Source of the DNA: a virus
UHGV virus genome: UHGV-1371557
Strand: one strand, 5' to 3'
Length of the DNA stretch: 37,452 nucleotides
A program made the position numbers and the translations under genes. Below, piece after piece: positions 14,958-23,409 of this stretch. Positions within the stretch are counted from its first letter, which is position 1. The number at the start of each line of letters is the position of its first letter. The notes below the pieces were generated by a model. That model was not told the DNA's origin, did no database searches, and saw nothing but the letters and a program-made list of their open reading frames with translations.

Positions 14958-17721
14958 CACGACATTCAAACACTACGTAGCTCCGTTCAAGGACGTATCT
15001 GGGAATATGTGGGCGCTTATCATCGCCTATCCCGACACGGATGAAACCAAGAACTACCCGAAGGTAAAGGAGGTGCGTCTTGGCGTGCCTGCGGTGACGC
15101 TGACGACGGAGAGCGAGGACGCTCTTGCCCCAGTAGTCAAGGGTAGACTGGCATTCTCTCTCTTGGAGGAGAGAGCGGACCAGCGGTATCGTCACCTCGT
15201 GCAAGCTCCCGAGGGAGACGTGTCGGTCGTGCTGATGTATCTTGGTGATGAGAAGCTTCCTGCGAATGGAACTTTGAGTGATCAGTGGATGCAGGCCTGC
15301 ATTGATAGGTTTGACCCGACGACAAGCTCTGGTAATTGTTTTTGGTGCGGCACTCTTGACCCTGAGAGCTACAAAGAGCCAGCCAACCAAGACACAGGGT
15401 ATCTTGTCAGCTTCGAGGCTAACGACTTCGGGAGATTTGCAAGAATACCCATAACCAGCAGGCCGTTTGAGCCACTGATACGAGTGCAGGAGAAGATGGA
15501 ACTTGAGGGGCTTCTTCGAATCATTCTGTACATGGGTATCGAGGGATGGGCGCACGAACGCCACCGCTCACCGAAGCGTCCAGGGGGGGTGCTTCTTGGC
15601 CTCCGTAAGAATGTGGTTTTTGCGATGTCAAGGTATGATGCCGAGGCTGAATCCTTGAACGGAGATGTTATTTCGCGCAGAGAGAGAGGGCTGATTGTAG
15701 ATACCTCTCAGTTCTTCGAGGACAGCGACACTCCGATGTCTCTTCTGGAGGTGCTTGAGCGTGTTCTTAGCTCGCTTAGCCTGCGAATAGAGCAGTCCAG
15801 CGGAATGTACATTGTTTCGGATATATCCTCTCTCGAACAAGGCAACGCGACCCCAGCAGCCACACTCAACAATAAAGACTCTCAGTTGTCCTTTACTCCA
15901 GTACAGATGAAGGTGCTTGGAGATGATGGAGAGCTGTCTCTTCATGAGAGCTATGGTAACCTTGTCGTGACTACATACACGCACCTTGATTCCGTACGCA
16001 AGGGTATGGAGCTTCCAAAGATTGAAGACTACGCCCCGTGGGTGGCAGTAGGAAGAGCTGATGTATCCTCGAAGAATATCCTCGGCTGGCGATTCAGAAC
16101 GACGGACCCGCTCATGGGTACAGCTAAGACTCCTGCCATACTGGAGGTAGAGGCGGAGACACTCGGTGAGGATGGGCGCTTTTACTCCTTGGTATGGAAT
16201 CCTAAGAGTATCCACGGACGAGTGAAGAGCCTAAAGTTCGGTGGTTTTCTCAGTCCAAAGTTTACGGAGTACAGTGTTTTCTACGCAAGAGTAGACGGCT
16301 GGAAGCGTGTGCGTGATGGTGTGTATGTCAACCAAGCCCTAAAGCTGGTAGACGAGGACTGCGTGATTTATGACAGCGGCGCTGACCTCAACGAAATCAC
16401 CTACGACCTCACCAAGTCGTTTAACAACTATGCAGCGCAAGAGGAGGGTGCTATACGAGGGTATGTGCAGATGCTCAAGTGGTATCGAGATCAGATGAAC
16501 TCAACAGAGCGCCCGCTTGGACTCAAGCTCAACGAGAAAACCCCTTGGACTATGGAGATACCGAACGTAGGAGATATATCTAACTTCTGCCTTCGTCTTG
16601 ATATGCCTCTGCTACTCTCATTTGGCTCAGATCTCTATCAGGAGATGAACGAGGTTACGGGTGAGCGCCTCAAGATGTACTCCAATAATTCGTCGGGACG
16701 AAACTATAACCTCGGAGATCCAGAGGGCACGAAGAGGATAAACGACTCGGCTAAGGCAAATAAGGAGTTTACGGACCAGCTTATTGAGGCCCGCGTCCCA
16801 TTCAGTCTGACTGCGACTAACTCCAGCGGAGAGAAGTTATACCTCATATATAATCAGTACAGCCAAACGGGTGAGCTGATGTGGACGACAGGCCCAGCAG
16901 GATCAACTCGAAGTGTGCCATTCCTTTCCTATGGAGGGGATAAGAGCAAACTAAATTGGGGGAGTATAACGCACGCTCGCAGGAACATTGGCGACCAGCA
17001 GGGGGACGGGGTATTTATTCCACTTCCTCCACGAGGTTTCACCCACTTAGAGTTAGAGGTGTTCAGCGTACCTACATTCTACAAGAAGAAGGGTGACAAT
17101 ATCGAGCAGTTCACGGAGTGGAAGCTGTGGAGCGTTCCCAGTGCGGTACTCGCACAAGCTCCATCGATGTGGATCTCTGACTACCTCGGTCGAACGGGTG
17201 ATGATATAGCCAAGAACAGACGGGAGCGGTTTACTTTCAGTGACTCTACGACTGAAAGCTTCGACGACGAACTGCACTTCTCGGCAGGCTATGGTATCCC
17301 ATCAGCTTCTCCATCTATACTGCGATACCTTGGTGACGGGAAGAGTCTTGCGGAGGTGTTCGGTGCAAACAGAATGGCTTCCGACGATTATCTCCTTTCT
17401 GCTTACCGAGCGCGTTGCTTCGGTAGAGTCTACGGAGCTTTGCCCACAAGAGGGTATGCGCTCTCTGGTACGTTCGCTTGGTGTAAGTACCCACTGCACC
17501 GACTATACGTAGGCTTTGAGTGGATAGCTGTCAGTCGAGAGATTGATATAGTTCAAGGCACAGAACGAGGGACATACCACCAGCTGCGCCCAAGGTATGA
17601 GGTCACCCCCCGTATGCTTCGCCCTGAACTTCTATCGGGAGAAAAGGATGTGAAGTACGTGGACTACGCAGGCTCGGCTTGGAAGATAATAAGAGACCAC
17701 ACGCCAAGGCGTGGTAGGTAG
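14950..17721 (+). CDS. Large (923 aa) protein of unknown function. Candidate structural/tail-tip protein or a novel accessory function.
   Basis: Long ORF. The start was set at the ATG at 14950, which follows AAAGGAT; the ORF-track start is a TTG. No nucleotide-binding or polymerase motif was recognised. It is followed by a terminator. Confidence 0.8.
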   Translation: MSNTTFKHYVAPFKDVSGNMWALIIAYPDTDETKNYPKVKEVRLGVPAVTLTTESEDALAPVVKGRLAFSLLEERADQRYRHLVQAPEGDVSVVLMYLGDEKLPANGTLSDQWMQACIDRFDPTTSSGNCFWCGTLDPESYKEPANQDTGYLVSFEANDFGRFARIPITSRPFEPLIRVQEKMELEGLLRIILYMGIEGWAHERHRSPKRPGGVLLGLRKNVVFAMSRYDAEAESLNGDVISRRERGLIVDTSQFFEDSDTPMSLLEVLERVLSSLSLRIEQSSGMYIVSDISSLEQGNATPAATLNNKDSQLSFTPVQMKVLGDDGELSLHESYGNLVVTTYTHLDSVRKGMELPKIEDYAPWVAVGRADVSSKNILGWRFRTTDPLMGTAKTPAILEVEAETLGEDGRFYSLVWNPKSIHGRVKSLKFGGFLSPKFTEYSVFYARVDGWKRVRDGVYVNQALKLVDEDCVIYDSGADLNEITYDLTKSFNNYAAQEEGAIRGYVQMLKWYRDQMNSTERPLGLKLNEKTPWTMEIPNVGDISNFCLRLDMPLLLSFGSDLYQEMNEVTGERLKMYSNNSSGRNYNLGDPEGTKRINDSAKANKEFTDQLIEARVPFSLTATNSSGEKLYLIYNQYSQTGELMWTTGPAGSTRSVPFLSYGGDKSKLNWGSITHARRNIGDQQGDGVFIPLPPRGFTHLELEVFSVPTFYKKKGDNIEQFTEWKLWSVPSAVLAQAPSMWISDYLGRTGDDIAKNRRERFTFSDSTTESFDDELHFSAGYGIPSASPSILRYLGDGKSLAEVFGANRMASDDYLLSAYRARCFGRVYGALPTRGYALSGTFAWCKYPLHRLYVGFEWIAVSREIDIVQGTERGTYHQLRPRYEVTPRMLRPELLSGEKDVKYVDYAGSAWKIIRDHTPRRGR

Positions 17722-17728
17722 CCAATAA

Positions 17729-17770
17729 GACCGCCCTCCCTTGCGTTTAAGGGGGGTGCGGTTTTATTTT
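17729..17770 (+). terminator. Rho-independent terminator candidate after the 923-aa gene
   Basis: Imperfect GC stem (GACCGCCCTCCC ... GGGGGGTGCGG) followed by GTTTTATTTTAT. Confidence 0.5.
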
Positions 17771-17865
17771 ATAAGAAGTTCCTCGGAATTCTAAATGAAC
17801 TTTTCTGTGGTGCACCGCAGGACTGCGCTCCGTACCACCCAACACACTAATATACTATATGAGAT

Positions 17866-18636
17866 ATGTCTACTGATATGGCAATCCAAGAAGAACACCC
17901 AGTTTACCAGCGCATCACAACGTGGATAGGCGCAGATGCAGCGGTAGAGGTGAGACGACTGCGCAAGCACTTCGGCTTCAAGAGCAACCACCAGCTGTTT
18001 AAGGCTTCTGTCTTTATGGCTATCCGCCTGCTCCAATATGCAGAGCAGAGGGAGAAAGACCCTGACGACACAACCATTCAAGACGCATTCAAGGATCTGA
18101 CGGACTGGGAGGTACCAGAGTTCGGGTGCAGACGACGCAGAAAGAAGGACGGCCACAAGGAGACCGCTGTCCTGCTCGCTCTTTTCAATGGCCAAGTATC
18201 AAGTATGTCCAAAATGGAAATAGTTGGCGAGCAGGCCACGCCCTCGCACGCTGATGCTCCGAAGTGGTACGAGCGATTCATCCGTCTGCACTATCAAGCA
18301 CTCTACGATAAGTATGCAGACCGAACCGAGCGCCTCACTGGCGACTCACTCGCTCCTCGTGACCTTCTTCACGAATCGCTCTTGCGCTTGCAGTGCCCTC
18401 CGTCGCAAATCACGAGCTACGAATCATACGAGCGTTGGGCGCTTGACAAGTTCAACGAATCACGAGCCGCTCATCATAAGCGTGCGGACTTGACTCATCA
18501 CGAGCCTCATCACGCGAACCCTCATCACGAGGGCGGTAGCTGTACTCATCATCACGATGATGTCAGCGCCTGCCACCGCTCCGACTTCTCCAGTTTCACC
18601 CGCCACCCCCTCCAGGATGAAGAGGCACAGGACTAA
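17866..18636 (+). CDS. Hypothetical protein with a His/Cys-rich C-terminal tail (HHKRADLTHHEPHHANPHHEGGSCTHHHDD)
   Basis: 256-aa ORF with an ATG start. Its 3' end overlaps the HNH gene. Confidence 0.6.
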   Translation: MSTDMAIQEEHPVYQRITTWIGADAAVEVRRLRKHFGFKSNHQLFKASVFMAIRLLQYAEQREKDPDDTTIQDAFKDLTDWEVPEFGCRRRRKKDGHKETAVLLALFNGQVSSMSKMEIVGEQATPSHADAPKWYERFIRLHYQALYDKYADRTERLTGDSLAPRDLLHESLLRLQCPPSQITSYESYERWALDKFNESRAAHHKRADLTHHEPHHANPHHEGGSCTHHHDDVSACHRSDFSSFTRHPLQDEEAQD

Positions 18637-18961
18637 GGAGTACACCCGCTTGATCAACTCAAGGCGCTGGCGTCGTTTGCGAGCTGCATACCTATCCACG
18701 CACCCCGTTTGCGAGGATTGTGAAAAAAAGGGGCTGACGACCATAGCCACAGACGTACACCATATACTCCCTATTGAGGAGTGTGCAGGTCGTCCGCTTG
18801 ATATGCGGGCGCGGGCTTTTGACCCCTGCAACCTTAGAGCGCTTTGCAGGCCGTGCCACATAGAGGCACATAGGGTACTACACTCTAATAGCTTGGACTC
18901 GTCTAAGGAGCGCGCTCGGGCTGAATTGACCGCCTTTGCGTCTGCCTATCTATCCGAGTGA
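18617..18961 (+). CDS. HNH endonuclease (terminase-associated type)
   Basis: Cys pairs and the HNH signature (CEDCEKKG ... DVHHILP ... NLRALCRPCH). The start was taken at the internal ATG (MKRHRTKEY). Confidence 0.8.
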   Translation: MKRHRTKEYTRLINSRRWRRLRAAYLSTHPVCEDCEKKGLTTIATDVHHILPIEECAGRPLDMRARAFDPCNLRALCRPCHIEAHRVLHSNSLDSSKERARAELTAFASAYLSE

Positions 18962-19400
18962 CCGCCTTTTAGTCGGTGCATAGCCTACCCATTAGGGTGT
19001 ATTATCCCCCTGCTTTTTGGGTCAGTGAGCCAGCGGAGAGGCGGGCATACTCCTCCTATTAGGGGGGCGCCCCTCTCTGTAGCTGGCTCGCTCGCATCTG
19101 GGCATACCTCTCCTGTTAGGGTGTGATAGCCCTTGCGAGCTTGTCCGCTCGTCGCTGTGTGTCAGTATCTCAAGGATCGATCGGAGGGCTGATTGCTCCC
19201 CGTTGTGGCTACCCCCTCCGCTGGGAGGAGATAGCAAACCACGTTGTAGCGTTGAGTGTATCACTCCACAAGGTGCAAAGGTTGCGAGCATGCACAGTTG
19301 TACGCGCTCGCCTTTGTCGTTAGTGCAGGTGACTACCTCACACTACGACAATGCCACCCACCTGCATAGGTAGGTAGCTGCCCGCCCGTATGAGCGAGCA
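18962..19400. repeat. Repeat-rich non-coding region. Candidate cos or packaging-recognition/regulatory region.
   Basis: Three copies of CC-N-TTAGGG(T/G)G (18986, 19053, 19111). Two 25-nt direct repeats, GGGCATAC(T/C)(C/T)C(T/C)CCT(A/G)TTAGGG. An inverted pair GAGCCAGCGGAGAGG / CCTCTCTGTAGCTGGCTC. A GATCGATC palindrome. Confidence 0.5.
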
Positions 19401-19435
19401 ATAAAACGCCCCGACGCCTAATATAGACGGCGGGG
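19398..19435 (-). terminator. Rho-independent terminator for the minus-strand three-gene unit
   Basis: On the minus strand: GCCCCGCCGTC-UAUAUUA-GGCGUCGGGGC followed by GUUUUAUUG. It lies 20 nt after the stop of the 19456-19941 gene. Confidence 0.55.
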
Positions 19436-19455
19436 CATTGGTGTGTCTGCTGGGC

Positions 19456-19941
19456 TCATGCCATTTTTGCATGCCTTTTGATAATTTTGCGTCTAAGCTC
19501 CTCCAGCTTGTTTGCCTTTTCCGCCATGTAGTCCGCGGGGGAGTATCCAGCGCTCACAAAGTATCTGAGTATGCTTATCTTGTAATTTAGGTAGGCAACG
19601 CTTGATAGGTGTAACTCTTTGCGGAGCTGCAGATACTCTTTATAGGTGATCTCTTTGCACTTTTTTATACACACTTCGTCGTCGCCACCTATACCAGCAA
19701 TAACGCCCTTATAGTATTTCCGCTTTAGGTGGCTGACGTCTGAGATTGCAAAAGACCATATTTCTGGGAGTAGCCCCCATTGTGCCAGGGATACCCCCGG
19801 CTCAAGCGATCTATCTCTATAGTTGTAGGAGTGCCCACCATCTGGAGCGTCGCCAAATCTGTAGCCAACGATTGGCAGGCCTACTATGTCGTTAATTTCT
19901 GTGTATGGGACTTCTGCCCTTGCTATCTCATTTGTTTTCAT
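19456..19941 (-). CDS. Hypothetical protein (161 aa), third gene of the moron unit
   Basis: ATG start (MKTNEIARAE...). Gaps of 12-19 nt to its neighbours suggest an operon. Confidence 0.7.
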   Translation of the reverse strand: MKTNEIARAEVPYTEINDIVGLPIVGYRFGDAPDGGHSYNYRDRSLEPGVSLAQWGLLPEIWSFAISDVSHLKRKYYKGVIAGIGGDDEVCIKKCKEITYKEYLQLRKELHLSSVAYLNYKISILRYFVSAGYSPADYMAEKANKLEELRRKIIKRHAKMA

Positions 19942-19953
19942 CGTCTTGTTTTT

Positions 19954-20523
19954 TTAGTCTTCGAACTCCTCAGGGTGCAAGCGCTTGTAATTTTTGCGTG
20001 CCTCTTCCTCCAGGCGCTCAAAGTCTATTAATTCGCGTTCGGACATAGCTCGCCAAAATTCGCAAGATGCCAAGGCTGCCGCAGCTTTGTTGGATGTCAC
20101 ATTTTGGGGGATCTCCTCCCCGTCCTCGCCCTCCTCAGGTAGTCTATCTATATAGGAGCTTATGCCTATTTTGCTGCATTTGTCAAGCTCGCTATACATA
20201 GCGGCTGCCGATATAGAGCCACTGTTTAACAAGCTCTCGCCATCGACGTATATCATCAGGGTGCGATAAGCGTATAACGGATGTCCTTTTTCGGCTCGTG
20301 ATTTGCATTTTCGATACACCTCGTTGTAGGTGTACTCGCTCATTTCTTTGGCGAGCTGCTTCGCGTCCTCTTCGCTTTTGATGAGGCTTGTAAGCTCCTT
20401 TCGGTCTATATCGATAGATTCTACCGTTCCAGGGTATCCGCATACGCGGCTTTTTGTCATTTGGTAGGTATGCGAAATTGTCAGCTCCTTTCCTAATAGC
20501 GTTATGATCTTATTCGTTTCCAT
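19954..20523 (-). CDS. Hypothetical protein (189 aa), second gene of the moron unit
   Basis: ATG start (METNKIITLLG...). Acidic C-terminus. Confidence 0.7.
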   Translation of the reverse strand: METNKIITLLGKELTISHTYQMTKSRVCGYPGTVESIDIDRKELTSLIKSEEDAKQLAKEMSEYTYNEVYRKCKSRAEKGHPLYAYRTLMIYVDGESLLNSGSISAAAMYSELDKCSKIGISSYIDRLPEEGEDGEEIPQNVTSNKAAAALASCEFWRAMSERELIDFERLEEEARKNYKRLHPEEFED

Positions 20524-20542
20524 TGTCTTGTATCGTTTTAGG

Positions 20543-20917
20543 TTAGTCGATTCTTCTCGTTCCGAGTGGTGCGGCTGCCGCTGGTAGGTCTGTATCTACC
20601 TCTACGTAGTCCCATCCTGTGCCGCAATGGTCTACGAGCAGTACCCACAGATCCAGTTTTTCACTGTATGCGAACATGAGGCCAAAGTGCTCATGCAGGA
20701 ACTCGCAAAGGTCTTCGCTGCAGTTGGTTATGTAGTATTGGTAGATTTCTGGGTACTCTTCCGTCTCTTCGTCACACTCGTATCCGATTGTAGTGTACAT
20801 TAGCTCATCGTCGATATAGGCGATGTTGTTGCATAGGATAGTAGTGCATCCTGCCCAGCTGGCAGCGACGGCGTACGTGGTAGCGTAGGTCGTTTGGTTG
20901 GTCTGATTAGTTTCCAT
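20543..20917 (-). CDS. Small strongly acidic protein (124 aa, about 22 Asp/Glu against 3 Lys/Arg), first gene of the moron unit
   Basis: ATG start (METNQTNQ...). The composition was counted from the translation. Confidence 0.7.
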   Translation of the reverse strand: METNQTNQTTYATTYAVAASWAGCTTILCNNIAYIDDELMYTTIGYECDEETEEYPEIYQYYITNCSEDLCEFLHEHFGLMFAYSEKLDLWVLLVDHCGTGWDYVEVDTDLPAAAAPLGTRRID

Positions 20918-20924
20918 ACCTTTG
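20893..20924 (+). promoter_or_regulatory. Consensus Bacteroidetes promoter (TTTG-N20-TACCTTTG) on the plus strand, overlapping the start codon of the minus-strand moron gene
   Basis: TTTG at 20893-20896, TAccTTTG at 20917-20924. Confidence 0.5.
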
Positions 20925-20946
20925 TAATGATTTTAAGAAAAAGTTT

Positions 20947-20984
20947 GCCCCGTTGTTCGTTGTGAAACGCGCGCGGGGCTTTTT
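20947..20984 (+). terminator. Intrinsic terminator: GCCCCG...CGGGGC followed directly by TTTTT. It sits about 25 nt downstream of the plus-strand promoter and inside the 5' leader of the minus-strand moron transcript.
   Basis: Stem 20947-20952 / 20974-20979, T5 at 20980-20984. On the minus strand the stem is followed by AAACUUUUUCUU, a weaker U-tract. Confidence 0.55.
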
Positions 20985-21036
20985 GCGTTCGTTTCCGTTC
21001 CAAAGTCTGAGGGCGTTTCCCCCTTTCTTTGTACTA

Positions 21037-21068
21037 CAAAGGTACAACAAAAAAACGAAACCACCAAA
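21037..21068 (-). promoter_or_regulatory. Consensus Bacteroidetes promoter (TTTG-N20-TACCTTTG) on the minus strand driving the moron unit
   Basis: Minus-strand TAccTTTG is plus 21037-21044 (CAAAGGTA). Minus-strand TTTG is plus 21065-21068 (CAAA). Confidence 0.5.
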
Positions 21069-21334
21069 CGATAACGCTCTATTTCCCAACATTTTAGGCA
21101 CTTTTTCCGCCCCTCCTCCGAAATTTTTCCGACGACCGAAAAATCAACTTTGCGAGACCAGGGGGAGGTGATTTTTATGGAAGGAGAGGCCCCCTGCATA
21201 CCACCCCTCGCTCCCTTTTCTTTGCACGAGTTCTCAAAGTCACGTGGGGGTGCTGGCGTGGGCTGAAAAGTTTTGGGGGTAAAGTGGTGTCAAAAATGCG
21301 CATTTCGCTGGGTTTATGTAGTGCCCTCTGCAAA

Positions 21335-21742
21335 ATGACGCAAGAAGAAACCGCATGCTTCCTAAGAGATGGGCTAAAGGCCCTCGGCGCATACTCCCCA
21401 GCGTTTGAGCCGCTAATATCGGCCACAGCGCAGATGGCTGGCGTATGTCGGGAGTCTTATGCGGTGCTGATGTCTGATGGCATAGTAGTCACAGAGACCA
21501 GTCGTGAGGGTGATTCACGCAAGCGAGCTAATCCTGCATGGTCCATCTTTATTGAAGCATCCAAGGAACTCCGCGCACAGCTTTCCGAGCTTCAGATGAC
21601 CGTACGAACTGCGAAGTTCACAAGCGGTGACGAGGTAGACAAGCTCAACCACATACTCCAGCAGATATATGACGAAACAACTAAGTCAAAGCGAAGCGAC
21701 AGCACTGAAAAGCGGGGTCGTAGAGCGGCTGCGAAGCGCTAA
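21335..21742 (+). CDS. terS: Terminase small subunit, P27 family
   Basis: Pattern AYSPAFEPLI...VCRESYAVLMSDGIVV...RKRANPAWSIFIEASKELRAQLSELQMT fits P27-type TerS. It lies immediately upstream of terL. Start at the ATG at 21335. Confidence 0.7.
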   Translation: MTQEETACFLRDGLKALGAYSPAFEPLISATAQMAGVCRESYAVLMSDGIVVTETSREGDSRKRANPAWSIFIEASKELRAQLSELQMTVRTAKFTSGDEVDKLNHILQQIYDETTKSKRSDSTEKRGRRAAAKR

Positions 21743-23408
21743 GATACCATACCCACGCTTCAACAAGCTCGACAAGCGTCTATCGTCGTATATACGCGAG
21801 TGCATCAAGCATCCAAGCCTGCACAACGTGTATGAGCTTCTGTCTATTGAGCGCTTCCTGCATAAGGTGGACAAGTATGTGCTTCGAGACGAGAAGGTGC
21901 GTCACTTCATCACGTTCTACGAAAATATCCGCCTCCCGTCTGCCGAGGGTATGGTGTTCTTCGCGCTTACCCCCGTGCAGGTCTTCCAGTTCGCCAATAT
22001 CTTTTGGTTCTACCACGAGGACGGAGAAAGGCGACTTGTTCGTGATGTCCTTCTTTTCGTGCCACGTAAGTTCAGCAAGACGACTTCTATTGCTACGCTC
22101 TCGGTGTATGACCTCCTCTATGGTGATGCCAACGCAGAGAGCTACGTGGGTAGTAATAGTTACCAGCAGTCAAGAGTGTGTTTCGATGTAATCTCTAAGA
22201 TACTCCGTGCGCTTGACCCAGCTCTTAGGCGCTTTAAAATCAACAGAGAGCAGGTGTACAATCGCATACCTGGAAAAATGTCTATCGCACGCTGTCTGTC
22301 GTCTGCGGCTGACCGCTTGGATGGTCTGAATGCTTCACTGGTGATCATAGACGAGTATGCGCAGGCGGACAATGATGCGCTAAAGAGTGTTCTCACCTCC
22401 TCGATGGGTGCGAGAAAGAATCCCCTAACGGTGGTAATCACAACCGCCAGCGACAAGCTCGATACGCCTTTTACGGAGATGCTGGATGCCTATAAGTCTA
22501 TCCTCCGCGGAGAGGTGGAGAATGATAGCATCTTTGCCCACATTTTTGAGCCCGATGTAGATGACGAGGAGGGCGACCCTAATACGTGGCACAAGGTACA
22601 GCCTCACTTAGGCGTAACGGTGCGCCCTGAATACTACGAAGCGGAGTACAAGAAAGCCCAGCTCACGGCAGGGGATATGAAGGCATTCCGCAACAAGCTC
22701 CTCAATATCTTCGCTCGAGACGAGCGTGAGATGTGGATACCTCGTGAGACGATTGAAAAGGCGTTCATGCACGTACCTATGGAGTCGCTTCGTGGCTATC
22801 GGGCTATGTGCGCTGTGGACTTGTCCGTCCGTGATGACTTTAGCGCGCTTACGTTCCTTGTCTACACGCCCAGTCGTGTTCCCGAGGGGCGCACCAAAGT
22901 ATGCCCGTTCCACGCTATCACACATTACTTCTTCCCAGAGGGTATGCTCGCCACGCACGTAAACCGAGAGCTTTACAAGCGGTGGGCGGATGACGGATAT
23001 CTGACGCTCTGTAAGGGCGACAGCATCGATTATCCTCTCATCGTGGATACTATTCTCCGACAGCCTCTCTCTACCCTGAAAATAGGATACGACCCATATA
23101 AGGCACTCGAGTTCACGAACCTCTTGCGGTCTACTCCGCAGGTAGGTAAGGGTAATCTTGAGGCTATTCCGCAAACCAATGGCTCGTTCAATACGGCTGT
23201 GATGTCGTTTGAGCTGGCTCTGTCGCAGGATAGCATCACGTTTGACCCTAATCCTATCACGGCATACTGCTTTGGCAATGCTGTGATAGACGAGGACCGC
23301 CTCGAAAACCGCAAGCCCGTCAAGGCTGTGGCTTCGGACAAGATTGACGGAGCTATCACGTGCCTAATGGGCTTTTGGCTGTTTAACCACTTCAAAACTA
23401 TCGTATAA
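21669..23408 (+). CDS. terL: Terminase large subunit
   Basis: 579 aa. Deviant Walker A VPRKFSKTTS and Walker B LVIIDEYAQ. Its start overlaps the 3' end of terS. Confidence 0.9.
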   Translation: MTKQLSQSEATALKSGVVERLRSAKIPYPRFNKLDKRLSSYIRECIKHPSLHNVYELLSIERFLHKVDKYVLRDEKVRHFITFYENIRLPSAEGMVFFALTPVQVFQFANIFWFYHEDGERRLVRDVLLFVPRKFSKTTSIATLSVYDLLYGDANAESYVGSNSYQQSRVCFDVISKILRALDPALRRFKINREQVYNRIPGKMSIARCLSSAADRLDGLNASLVIIDEYAQADNDALKSVLTSSMGARKNPLTVVITTASDKLDTPFTEMLDAYKSILRGEVENDSIFAHIFEPDVDDEEGDPNTWHKVQPHLGVTVRPEYYEAEYKKAQLTAGDMKAFRNKLLNIFARDEREMWIPRETIEKAFMHVPMESLRGYRAMCAVDLSVRDDFSALTFLVYTPSRVPEGRTKVCPFHAITHYFFPEGMLATHVNRELYKRWADDGYLTLCKGDSIDYPLIVDTILRQPLSTLKIGYDPYKALEFTNLLRSTPQVGKGNLEAIPQTNGSFNTAVMSFELALSQDSITFDPNPITAYCFGNAVIDEDRLENRKPVKAVASDKIDGAITCLMGFWLFNHFKTIV

Positions 23409-23409
23409 A

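Noticed and set aside
14935-16215. Minus-strand ORFs 14935-15564 and 15628-16215 inside the 923-aa gene
   Set aside because: They are antisense to a long, well-formed ORF and have no start context. They are likely spurious.
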